Positions 50,874-59,514 of a stretch of 64,000 bases of DNA are shown piece by piece (position 1 is the first letter of the stretch; each line of letters starts with the position of its first letter). Under the pieces are notes generated by a model. That model made no database searches, was not told where the DNA came from, and saw only the letters and a program-made list of their open reading frames with translations. The position numbers were made by a program, and so were the translations under genes. This DNA comes from Bacteroidota bacterium. Its GTDB lineage: Bacteria; Bacteroidota; Bacteroidia; Chitinophagales; Chitinophagaceae. The stretch spans positions 301 to 64,300 of the forward strand of contig CANGIZ010000003.1 in the NCBI GenBank assembly GCA_947454025.1, read 5' to 3'.

Positions 50874-52181
50874 ATGAAAATTTTAAAGATCACTTCGCTA
50901 TTTGCTTTTATAGTAATGTTTTTTGCATACTGTACAAAAACCGACCAAGTTGTTGTATCGGCTACACCAAACACTACCGACTTAATAGCGTTAAAAACAA
51001 CTACAGCCCCAACATTGGACGGTGCGATTGATGCTGCATGGGATAAGGCTCAAAAGTTAAGTATCACCATGACTGTTCCAGACCCAGGTAATAATTTGTT
51101 TGCTGGTTACAATGGTATTCAATACAAAACAACTTTAAGAGCCATGTATGACGACCAGTATGTTTATTTTTTAGCTGAGTACAATGACCCAGATAAAAGT
51201 GTAAACGTAACACCTTGGTATTTTAACCCAACAACTGCATTATGGGTTCAAGAAGGAAGTAGTCGTACTTACGATGCTAATGGAGTATTAACAAGAGAAG
51301 GATGGGGTGAAGATAAATTTGCGATGTTGTGGAATATTGATAAATCTACTCCAAAATTTGAAACACAAACATGTTATGCAAGCTGTCACGTATTTACTCC
51401 CTATTTAAATTATGCAGTAACGCCTGCTGCAATGGTTTCCAATGCAGGTAGTGGAAACCACTATACGAATGGTGCACAAGAAAAAATTGATATGTGGTGG
51501 GCACATTTGAGTAAGGATATTTTATTCGGACAAATGGATGACAACTACCAAGACTGGGCAGGTGGTCCAGGTGTAACAGGTTTAGTGGGTGGATCAGGTA
51601 ATGGTCGTCATGTGGATGGTATTACTGTATCAGGTGCAAATACAACATGGCCATATGCGCCAACATATACAACTACTCCAGCACAAGGTGGATACAGTAA
51701 TAAGCAAACTTTAAAATTAAATGGGACTGGTGCTTCTGTAAGTGTTCCAATGTGGGTAGTACCAGGAGAAGCTAACTATTACATTTTAGCAGCAGATACT
51801 TTAGCAGGTGGTAAAGCTAAAAAAGTAACTGGTGTAAGTGCAACTGGTGTGTTAACATATAGTGGTGGTACTATCGATCCTACAACAGGATCTGATTATT
51901 TAAGAACAGATGGTGTTACTGGCGCAACAGCACCAAAAGCCATTCCAAGTTATATAGGTTCTGCATTGCTTGGTGAAAGAGCAGATATTTCAGCAAAAGC
52001 GGTTCATACAGGAACAGGCTGGATTGTGGAGTACAAGAGAAAATTAAAAACTGCTGATGTGTTAAAACAAGACGTTGATTTTTCTAGTCTTGAGGACAAA
52101 GTATTTGGTGTTGCATTGTGGGACAGATCAAATAACCAACATGCAATTCAACCCAATTTGACAATGAAGTTTGCAAAATAA
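50874..52181 (+). CDS. Lipoprotein with ethylbenzene-dehydrogenase-gamma-like (EB_dh/DOMON heme-binding) domain and CX3CH motif
   Basis: Lipobox FAYC; LRAMYD..YVYFL, EDKFAMLW, CYASCH, IDMWW, WIVEYKRKL, FGVALWD..H; start reassigned to ATG 50874. Confidence 0.75.
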   Translation: MKILKITSLFAFIVMFFAYCTKTDQVVVSATPNTTDLIALKTTTAPTLDGAIDAAWDKAQKLSITMTVPDPGNNLFAGYNGIQYKTTLRAMYDDQYVYFLAEYNDPDKSVNVTPWYFNPTTALWVQEGSSRTYDANGVLTREGWGEDKFAMLWNIDKSTPKFETQTCYASCHVFTPYLNYAVTPAAMVSNAGSGNHYTNGAQEKIDMWWAHLSKDILFGQMDDNYQDWAGGPGVTGLVGGSGNGRHVDGITVSGANTTWPYAPTYTTTPAQGGYSNKQTLKLNGTGASVSVPMWVVPGEANYYILAADTLAGGKAKKVTGVSATGVLTYSGGTIDPTTGSDYLRTDGVTGATAPKAIPSYIGSALLGERADISAKAVHTGTGWIVEYKRKLKTADVLKQDVDFSSLEDKVFGVALWDRSNNQHAIQPNLTMKFAK

Positions 52182-52215
52182 TAAGCAGGTCGATTCATCG
52201 ATAAAACGTAAAAGT

Positions 52216-52614
52216 ATGTTAACGAAAAAAATAGCAATATTGACAGGCCTCTCCGCCGTAATCATGCTTGCTATTACAGGATGTTATAAGACCGAAACGA
52301 TCGTTGTAAATCCAGGAAGCAGTATCACACAAACCATGAGTTTTTCCAATGATATTGTACCCATATTTACTAATAGTTGTGCGAAAGCGGGTTGTCATGC
52401 AGCAGGTGCAAAAACCCCAGACCTATCATCAGCCAACGCTTACAAAGCCTTAACTGATGGTAGCTATATTAAAGCCAACGATCCTGATAATAGTGTATTG
52501 ATGTTGTGGTTAACTGGTAAAAAAAGTCCAGTCATGCCACTAGGTGCAGGTCCTGATGAAAAAATCAATGCTAAAATATATGCATGGATTAAACAAGGAG
52601 CTAAAAACAATTAA
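52216..52614 (+). CDS. Small lipoprotein cytochrome c-like (CX4CH, planctomycete-cytochrome-C-like)
   Basis: Lipobox ITGC; SFSNDIVPIF..SCAKAGCH, PDNSVL, MP (distal Met candidate), WIKQGAKNN. Confidence 0.75.
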   Translation: MLTKKIAILTGLSAVIMLAITGCYKTETIVVNPGSSITQTMSFSNDIVPIFTNSCAKAGCHAAGAKTPDLSSANAYKALTDGSYIKANDPDNSVLMLWLTGKKSPVMPLGAGPDEKINAKIYAWIKQGAKNN

Positions 52615-52624
52615 ATAAATTCAA

Positions 52625-53548
52625 ATGAAAAAAGCAATATCATATCAATCATTGATGAACTCAATTACAAAGTCATTACTATTGTTAGTGATGTTTATGG
52701 GAGCAACGCAATTGATAGCGCAAGATTCAACACAGGCTACAGCTCCTGTTGTTAAAAAGAAATCTTATGTAAAAAATACATTTGAGGGTAACTATATTAT
52801 CGACAATCAAACTGTAATGGTGCCCATTAAAGGAACCTTCGAGTTTGATATCCAACATCGTTTTGGCACGATCGAAAATGGCTGGAAGGACTTAGCAGGT
52901 TTATTTGCTAGTGCAAACATGCTATTGGGATTTAGTTATGTTCCAGTGAAAGATTTACAAGTAGGATTTGGTGCAACCAACGATAGAATGCAAGTAGATG
53001 GTAATTTAAAATATGCTTTGTTTAAACAGACAAAGGATAATAAAATGCCAGTGAGTATTACTTTATTTGCAAATTCTGTGATGGACACAAGAGCAAAAAA
53101 TAGTTCTTTGCCAATAGTGAATGTACAAGATAGATTTAGTTTTTTCTCACAAGTAATTATTGCGCGAAAAGTAACTGATAAATTATCTTTGCAAGTGGCT
53201 CCAAGTTTATCTTATTTCAATAATGTTGAAGGCTATTATGATGCAAATAAGGTGATACAACCTAAAACAAATAATGCGCACTTGGCAATTAGTGCTTCTG
53301 GAAGATACAAATTAACCGATGGTATGTCTATTATTGCAGGTTATGATCAACCATTAACACAACATCCAATGAACAACCCAAATCCTAATATTAGTTTAGG
53401 GTTGGATTTCAAAACAAGTGGTCATGATTTCCAAGTATTTATGGGTAACTATGGTTACATTTTACCTCAAAATAACAATGTGTACAATCATAACGATTTT
53501 ACAAAAAGCCAGTTCTTAGTAGGCTTTAATATCTCAAGAATTTTTTAA
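52625..53548 (+). CDS. DUF5777-like outer membrane beta-barrel
   Basis: Signal peptide; FDIQHRFG, QVIIARK, SLQVAP, TSGHDFQ, terminal GFNISRIF. Confidence 0.8.
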   Translation: MKKAISYQSLMNSITKSLLLLVMFMGATQLIAQDSTQATAPVVKKKSYVKNTFEGNYIIDNQTVMVPIKGTFEFDIQHRFGTIENGWKDLAGLFASANMLLGFSYVPVKDLQVGFGATNDRMQVDGNLKYALFKQTKDNKMPVSITLFANSVMDTRAKNSSLPIVNVQDRFSFFSQVIIARKVTDKLSLQVAPSLSYFNNVEGYYDANKVIQPKTNNAHLAISASGRYKLTDGMSIIAGYDQPLTQHPMNNPNPNISLGLDFKTSGHDFQVFMGNYGYILPQNNNVYNHNDFTKSQFLVGFNISRIF

Positions 53549-53597
53549 TTCCATGGGGTAGAACGTTTTCTTGTGTGTGTTTTGATACTTGAATTTT

Positions 53598-53646
53598 GAA
53601 AGGGGATTTTCCAATATTCAGATTGGTTAGTCCCCTTCTTGTTTTT
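53598..53646 (+). terminator. Long hairpin / probable terminator after first half of redox locus
   Basis: AGGGGATT..CCAAT-attcag-ATTGG..AGTCCCCT followed by T-rich tract. Confidence 0.55.
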
Positions 53647-53673
53647 GAACAAGAATAGGTTAGTGAACATTCA

Positions 53674-53707
53674 TGAGCAAAGTCATATTTTTTGATGATG
53701 GCTATCA
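53674..53707 (+). promoter_or_regulatory. Paired Crp/Fnr-type boxes (TGA-N6-TCA x2, 22 bp apart)
   Basis: TGAGCAAAGTCA (53674-53685) and TGATGGCTATCA (53696-53707), followed by AACCTTTG at 53732-53739. Confidence 0.65.
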
Positions 53708-53762
53708 TTGAACAACAGCGTACTAAATTTTAACCTTTGTACATCAAACAAAACGAATACAA

Positions 53763-54161
53763 ATGAAAAATTTATCTGTTTTATCACTTATCGTTGTTTT
53801 TATTACAACAGCTAGTTTTACCTTATTTCAAAATAAACCATGGAATGTTCCTGCCGATAAAGCTAAAGTAGCCAATGCCGTTAAAACAAGCCCAGCTTCA
53901 GTAACTGCAGGTAAGGCATTATGGAATCAACACTGTGCATCATGCCATGGAAAAACAGGCTTAGGAGATGGCACTAAAGCTGCTCAATTAGAAACTGCAC
54001 CTCCTGATTTTAGCAAAGCTGCATTCCAAGGTCAAACCGACGGAGCTATATTCTTTAAAACTTCAGAAGGAAGAGGAGACATGCCAAGCTTTAAAAAGAA
54101 AATCACAGATCAAGAAGATATCTGGAACTTGGTAAACTTTATGCGCAGTTTAAAGAAATAA
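53763..54161 (+). CDS. Monoheme class I cytochrome c
   Basis: Signal peptide; GKALWNQHCASCHG..G.GDG, distal Met in GRGDMPSF. Confidence 0.92.
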   Translation: MKNLSVLSLIVVFITTASFTLFQNKPWNVPADKAKVANAVKTSPASVTAGKALWNQHCASCHGKTGLGDGTKAAQLETAPPDFSKAAFQGQTDGAIFFKTSEGRGDMPSFKKKITDQEDIWNLVNFMRSLKK

Positions 54162-54170
54162 TACAATCGC

Positions 54171-54210
54171 AAATAATAAGCCTCGAAACGAATCGGGGCT
54201 TATTATTTTT
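54171..54210 (+). terminator. Intra-operon hairpin / partial terminator
   Basis: AAATAATAAGCCTCG-aaacgaat-CGGGGCTTATTATTT. Confidence 0.65.
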
Positions 54211-54231
54211 CAATCTCATTCAATATATTTT

Positions 54232-54504
54232 ATGAATACCGAAAACAACCTATCTAAGGAAACCAATACACGCAGGAAATTGCTTGCGGGATTGGGTGCA
54301 CTTAGTTTATTCCCTATTTTAAAATTTGGTTTTTTGGCAAAAAAGAAGGACGTAATTAGTTGTGCTCCTGAATCAAAAAGTCAAACTATGAAAATGTTGA
54401 CACAGGATGGCAGACTAGTGGAAGTGGATATGTCCAAAATACAAGGGGCAAAAGAAAAAATTTCCAATAAGCAATTACAAGAATGGGTTAAAAAAGAATT
54501 GTAA
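54232..54504 (+). CDS. Small Tat-signal protein, paralogous to N-terminus of adjacent Fe-S protein
   Basis: TRRKLL plus hydrophobic stretch; KMLTQDGRLVEVD motif. Confidence 0.7.
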   Translation: MNTENNLSKETNTRRKLLAGLGALSLFPILKFGFLAKKKDVISCAPESKSQTMKMLTQDGRLVEVDMSKIQGAKEKISNKQLQEWVKKEL

Positions 54505-54520
54505 TTAAAAAAGTATTTTA

Positions 54521-55435
54521 ATGAAAACGAACGAAAATTCAAGAAGGGAATTCCTAGCCACTACATTACTTGCTGGTGCTGCATTAGCCGGTTGTGGAGG
54601 AAATCCATTTACACCCGATGAAGTAACTGATGTGAAGCCTTCAGGCGAGATGGTTAAATTGTTATCGGTCGACGGTGAAATTATCGAAGTAGATAAGGCA
54701 TTCTTAAAGCCAGTTCCTGAAATGCCACCTGTAGCAAATACAGAAGCTAGAGTCGGTATTCCAGGGAAAAAATTTGCAATGGTAATTGATTTGTCAAGGT
54801 GTAAGAGTGTAAAAAAATGCCAGTCAGCGTGTAACCATATGCACCATATACATCCAGGGCAAAACTGGATTAAGGTTTATCCAATGCAAGAGTCTGAAAA
54901 AACTGCGCCCTATTGGCAACCCACTACTTGTATGCATTGCGACGAACCGCCTTGTGTGAAAGTTTGTCCCGTGGATGCAACCTTTAAAAGAAAAGACGGC
55001 ATTGTGTTAATTGATAGTGATCGTTGTGTAGGATGTCGTTTTTGTATGGCGGCTTGTCCTTATTCATCTAGGGTATTTAACTGGGAAGAGCCACAAATTG
55101 AAAAAGAAATTGCGGACAAACCTTATTCATGTGAAACCAGTGTTCCTCAAAAGAAAGGTACGGTAGGGAAATGTGATTTTTGTCCAGACATGGTGCGCCA
55201 AGGAGGCTTACCACATTGCGTTTCAGCATGTCCAAACGGCGTATTCTTTTTTGGAGATATATTAGAAGACACCGTTACCAATGGTGCAGAAACATTTCGA
55301 TTTAGTGATTTGATAAAGGATAAATCTGGTTACAGATTAATGGAAGACTTGGGTACAAAACCAAGCGTTTATTATTTACCTCCAGTAAACAGAAACTTCC
55401 CTTTTGAAAACAACGAGAAAAATGAAAAAGCGTAG
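54521..55435 (+). CDS. NrfC/PsrB/DsrO-type multi-cluster Fe-S protein, Tat lipoprotein
   Basis: SRREFL plus LAGC; MVIDL..C, CMHCDEPPCVKVCP, CVGCRFCMAACPY, KCDFC...CVSACP, GTKPSVYY. Confidence 0.92.
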   Translation: MKTNENSRREFLATTLLAGAALAGCGGNPFTPDEVTDVKPSGEMVKLLSVDGEIIEVDKAFLKPVPEMPPVANTEARVGIPGKKFAMVIDLSRCKSVKKCQSACNHMHHIHPGQNWIKVYPMQESEKTAPYWQPTTCMHCDEPPCVKVCPVDATFKRKDGIVLIDSDRCVGCRFCMAACPYSSRVFNWEEPQIEKEIADKPYSCETSVPQKKGTVGKCDFCPDMVRQGGLPHCVSACPNGVFFFGDILEDTVTNGAETFRFSDLIKDKSGYRLMEDLGTKPSVYYLPPVNRNFPFENNEKNEKA

Positions 55436-55510
55436 GCTTTTTTCCCGCTGATGTCAGCAACATTAATGTGTTGAGATTTAAAAAAACATCGTTAACTAAA
55501 ATATTATAAA

Positions 55511-56818
55511 GTGGAAAAGTTAGCAGAAAATAAAATTATAGAAGACCTGTTGCCACAGAAATTTGGCAAACAAGGACAAATTTGGGTAGTATGTTTATTG
55601 GCCGTTTGCGCCTTGGGTTGCTATGCCTATTGTAGACAATTATATTACGGATTAGAAGTCACCGCCTTAAGGGATTATGCTTCTTGGGGTATTTATATTT
55701 CAAATTTTGTTTTTTTTGTGGCCATTAGTTTGGTGGGGTCTTTAATTACAGCGGTACTGCGTTTGACCGATGTGCATTGGAGTACGCCCTTAACAAGAAT
55801 CGCTGAAATTATTGCGGTATCAGCCATTTCATTTGCCGGCCTCATTATTATTGTGGACATGGGTCGCCCTGATCGTTTTTACAATTTGTTTACGCATGGT
55901 CGTTTACAGTCGCCGATTATTTGGGATGTAATTGTAATCACTACTTATTTATTTATTAGTTTATTATTATTGTATTTCCCTTTATTGCCAGATTTAAAAA
56001 TCATGATTGGCTTTAAAGAACGCAATGGAAAATGGCTGCAAAAACTGTATGAATTTTTAGGTTCTTTTTGGAAAAACAAACCTGAACAATTTAAAATCAC
56101 CGACAAGGCAATTAATATATTGTCTGTAACTATCATTCCAGTTGCATTTGCAATTCACACCGTAACCTCCTGGTTGTTTGCAACTACTTATCGCCCAGGA
56201 TGGGACAGTACCAATTTTGGCGCCTACTTTATTTCAGGTGCATTTTTAGTAGGGGCTGGTGGAGTATTAATTGCAATGTATGTTTTTAGGACACATTATA
56301 AGTTGGAAAAGTATATCACCGACGATCACTTCGATAAAATGAGTAAAGTGGTTGTATTATTAGCATTAGTCTATTTGTACTTTAATATCAACGAATTTTT
56401 GGTGCCCGCTTTTAAAATGAAAAAATCAGAGGAAGAACATTTAATGGGATTGTTTACTGGTGAGTTCTCTCCTATTTTTTGGTTTGCGATTTCAGCATCC
56501 ATGTTAGTGCCGATTCTTATTTTGATTTTCAAAAAAGGGCGCAAACCTAAATGGGCATTTTTTGCTGGGATATTGGTTGTGGTTGGATCTTGGTTTAAAC
56601 GTTTCTTAATTGTTACACCAACCTTATTGCATCCGTTCTTACCCATGCACGATGTGCCAAAAAGTTATACGACCTATATCCCAACTTGGGAAGAATGGGC
56701 CATTGCAGGAGGATCTTTAGCAGGCGCGTTATTAGTAATTACCTTCTTTGCTAGAATATTCCCAATTATTCCTATTCATGAAACCATAATTGAAACTGAC
56801 AGCCATGAGAAAGCATAA
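55511..56818 (+). CDS. nrfD: NrfD/PsrC/ActC family quinol-interacting membrane subunit
   Basis: WGIYISNFVFFVAIS, RIAE, DMGRPDR, SPIIWD, RPGW, WFKRFLIV; many TM helices. Confidence 0.9.
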   Translation: MEKLAENKIIEDLLPQKFGKQGQIWVVCLLAVCALGCYAYCRQLYYGLEVTALRDYASWGIYISNFVFFVAISLVGSLITAVLRLTDVHWSTPLTRIAEIIAVSAISFAGLIIIVDMGRPDRFYNLFTHGRLQSPIIWDVIVITTYLFISLLLLYFPLLPDLKIMIGFKERNGKWLQKLYEFLGSFWKNKPEQFKITDKAINILSVTIIPVAFAIHTVTSWLFATTYRPGWDSTNFGAYFISGAFLVGAGGVLIAMYVFRTHYKLEKYITDDHFDKMSKVVVLLALVYLYFNINEFLVPAFKMKKSEEEHLMGLFTGEFSPIFWFAISASMLVPILILIFKKGRKPKWAFFAGILVVVGSWFKRFLIVTPTLLHPFLPMHDVPKSYTTYIPTWEEWAIAGGSLAGALLVITFFARIFPIIPIHETIIETDSHEKA

Positions 56819-57677
56819 ATTAATCCCCTTACTTATATTAATTATAACATTTGTGCCAAGTATTTTAATGGCACAGGCCGTTGAAAAAAACAGCTTATTG
56901 TTAACGCTAAAATATTATAACGACAATAATGTTACGCATCATTTAATGGTATTGGCAAAATCAAAAATTGATGGCAAATTTCAAACGGTACCGAATATCC
57001 CTGTAAAATTCTATATTAGTTCAGATGCCGATAAAGCAAATTTAATTGGAACGGGAAAAACGGATGATAGAGGTCAAGCTGTTATTGAGATTCCGCCAAG
57101 TGCAAAATCCGAATGGTTAAAATCTCCCAATCAAAATTTTGTGGTAGTGGGCGAAGCGACAAAAAAATTCGACGAAGGACGCGGTGAGTTAGCCATTACA
57201 AAAGCAAAAATAAAAGTAGATACAGCGGAAGGCAGAATCATTCAAGCCAAAATAGTTGCATTGGTAGATACCACATGGACACCCATTGCAGGTGTGGATG
57301 TAATTGTAGGTGTAAAAAGATTGGGCGGCATATTAAATGCCAATGAAACACAAACCTATCCTACCGATTCAAGTGGTGCTGTAACTGCTGAATTTAAAAG
57401 AGATAGTTTGCCTGGAGATCAGAAAGGAAATATTATTTTAGTAGCAAGTGTGGTGGATAATGACAATTATGGAAATTTAACAAGTGAACTAGTAGTGCCT
57501 TGGGGAACGAAATCGGTTTATATGACCAATTTTGATCACCGCAGTTTATTTGCAAGAAGAGGACATTCACCATTATGGTTAGAGCTACTTGCTTATAGTA
57601 TTGTAGTTGCAGTATGGTCAGTGATTATCTTCTTATTGGTACAAATAAAAAACTTAAAAAAGTTGGGTGTTGAATAG
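56805..57677 (+). CDS. Uncharacterised periplasmic beta-rich protein with C-terminal membrane anchor
   Basis: Signal peptide from ATG 56805, two Ig-like-looking repeats (TDDRGQA / TDSSGAV), C-terminal TM; overlaps nrfD stop. Confidence 0.7.
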   Translation: MRKHKLIPLLILIITFVPSILMAQAVEKNSLLLTLKYYNDNNVTHHLMVLAKSKIDGKFQTVPNIPVKFYISSDADKANLIGTGKTDDRGQAVIEIPPSAKSEWLKSPNQNFVVVGEATKKFDEGRGELAITKAKIKVDTAEGRIIQAKIVALVDTTWTPIAGVDVIVGVKRLGGILNANETQTYPTDSSGAVTAEFKRDSLPGDQKGNIILVASVVDNDNYGNLTSELVVPWGTKSVYMTNFDHRSLFARRGHSPLWLELLAYSIVVAVWSVIIFLLVQIKNLKKLGVE

Positions 57678-57700
57678 AACAGATGTTTGATGTTTTGATA

Positions 57701-57730
57701 AAGAAAAGGCGCTCATTGGGCGCCTTTTTG
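57701..57730 (+). terminator. Rho-independent terminator of redox locus
   Basis: AAAAGGCGCTC-att-GGGCGCCTTTTT. Confidence 0.85.
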
Positions 57731-57790
57731 ATTGTATAGGACAAAAATTTAATGGATAAACCTTACATTTAGGAATCAAACCTAACGACT

Positions 57791-59497
57791 ATGCCACAGG
57801 GACTTCAAACTTATGACTATTTAGTATTTGTATTGTACTTTATTATTATTGCTAGTTATGGATTTTGGATCTACAACCGAAAAAAAACAGTCCATCAAAA
57901 TACGACCGACTTTTTTTTAGCCGAAGGTCAGTTAACTTGGTGGGCTATTGGAGCTTCCTTAATTGCATCTAATATTTCTGCAGAGCAATTTATAGGCATG
58001 AGTGGTAATGGTTTCAGACTGGGATTGGCTATATCGGCCTACGAGTGGCTTGCAGCCGTATCCTTGGTGATGGTAGGTATCTTTTTTATGCCAGTGTATT
58101 TAAAGAACAAAATTTATACTATGCCTCAGTTTTTAAAAACGAGGTACAATGAAACAGTGGCCATGATCATGGCTATTTTTTGGTTGTTCTTATACATTTT
58201 TGTAAACCTAACTTCAATTTTATATTTAGGATCCATCGCCATTAATAATTTAACAGGCGGCGCACACTTTCATTTAATTATGATTGGTCTTGCCTTATTT
58301 GCCTTATTCATCACATTGGGTGGAATGAAAGTGATTGGTTATACCGATGTGATACAAGTACTCGTATTAACTGTAGGCGGATTAATTACATCTTATATAG
58401 CATTAACGGTGGTGGGCGATACTTTTGGATACGGGCATAATGCCATTGCAGGATTAACACATTTAGTAAAAGCAGCACCCGATCATTTTAAAATGATTTT
58501 TGATAAGCCAGGTCCTGGAGCAACACAAAAACAAATCGACGATTATTCAAGTTTACCAGGTATGGCGATGATGGCTGCGGGCATTTGGGTAGCCAATTTA
58601 AATTATTGGGGATGTAATCAATACATAACACAAAGAGCATTGGGAGCAGATTTAAAAACTGCAAGGTCAGGTATCTTTTTTGCTTCCATGTTAAAAATAT
58701 TTATGCCATTGTTAGTGGTAGTGCCAGGTATTGCAGCATACGTTTTACATGAGCATGGACAATTACAACAACAAATGTTATCGGCAGGTGTAGTGAATCA
58801 GGACAATGCCTATTCATCGGTAATTGGGTTTTTACCACTTGGCTTGAAAGGCTTATCCATGGCCGCTTTAACGGCTGCCATTGTAGCCTCTTTAGCAGGA
58901 AAAGCAAATAGTATTTCAACCATTTATTCTTTAGACATTTACAAAAAGTACATTAATAAAAATGCTTCTGATAATAAAACGGTATCAACAGGTCGTATTA
59001 TGATTATCATTTCATTAATCATTGCGATTGTCATTAACTGGAACGATGCATTAGGAATTGGTGGCAAAGGTGGATTTGAATTTATACAAAAATATACAGG
59101 CTATATTTCACCGGCCATTTTCCCGGTTTTCTTATTGGGATTCTTTTGGAAAAAAACAACATCCAAAGCAGCAATTAGTGGAATTGTATTAGGATTGGTT
59201 TTAGCCATTTTGTTTGATAAGTTTTTACCAAGCATGTTAGGCAATGAAACTATTTTATACACTGCTTTAAACAACGGACATGGCGTGTATGAAATTCCTT
59301 ATTTAATTCAAATGGGATGGGTGTTCTTTTTTACCACCTTATTAATTGTAGTGATTAGTTTGTTGGATGTAAAAGGACAAACACATGCTAATGCATTAGT
59401 CGAGGACAACACTAAATACAAATTAACCAATGCGCATATTGCGATGATTGTATTTGTATTGGGATTTGTTGCGGCTATGTATATTCGTTTTTGGTAA
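57791..59497 (+). CDS. Sodium:solute symporter (SGLT-like sugar transporter)
   Basis: GASLIASNISAEQFIGMSG, YWGCNQYITQRAL, AAIVASLAG. Confidence 0.92.
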   Translation: MPQGLQTYDYLVFVLYFIIIASYGFWIYNRKKTVHQNTTDFFLAEGQLTWWAIGASLIASNISAEQFIGMSGNGFRLGLAISAYEWLAAVSLVMVGIFFMPVYLKNKIYTMPQFLKTRYNETVAMIMAIFWLFLYIFVNLTSILYLGSIAINNLTGGAHFHLIMIGLALFALFITLGGMKVIGYTDVIQVLVLTVGGLITSYIALTVVGDTFGYGHNAIAGLTHLVKAAPDHFKMIFDKPGPGATQKQIDDYSSLPGMAMMAAGIWVANLNYWGCNQYITQRALGADLKTARSGIFFASMLKIFMPLLVVVPGIAAYVLHEHGQLQQQMLSAGVVNQDNAYSSVIGFLPLGLKGLSMAALTAAIVASLAGKANSISTIYSLDIYKKYINKNASDNKTVSTGRIMIIISLIIAIVINWNDALGIGGKGGFEFIQKYTGYISPAIFPVFLLGFFWKKTTSKAAISGIVLGLVLAILFDKFLPSMLGNETILYTALNNGHGVYEIPYLIQMGWVFFFTTLLIVVISLLDVKGQTHANALVEDNTKYKLTNAHIAMIVFVLGFVAAMYIRFW

Positions 59498-59514
59498 TAA
59501 TGATTAAGATTAAA

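Noticed and set aside
54521-56818. Annotation as canonical alternative complex III, nitrite reductase Nrf or polysulfide reductase
   Set aside because: No pentaheme ActA/NrfA/NrfB, no molybdopterin-fold subunit and no ActD/E/F in the locus.
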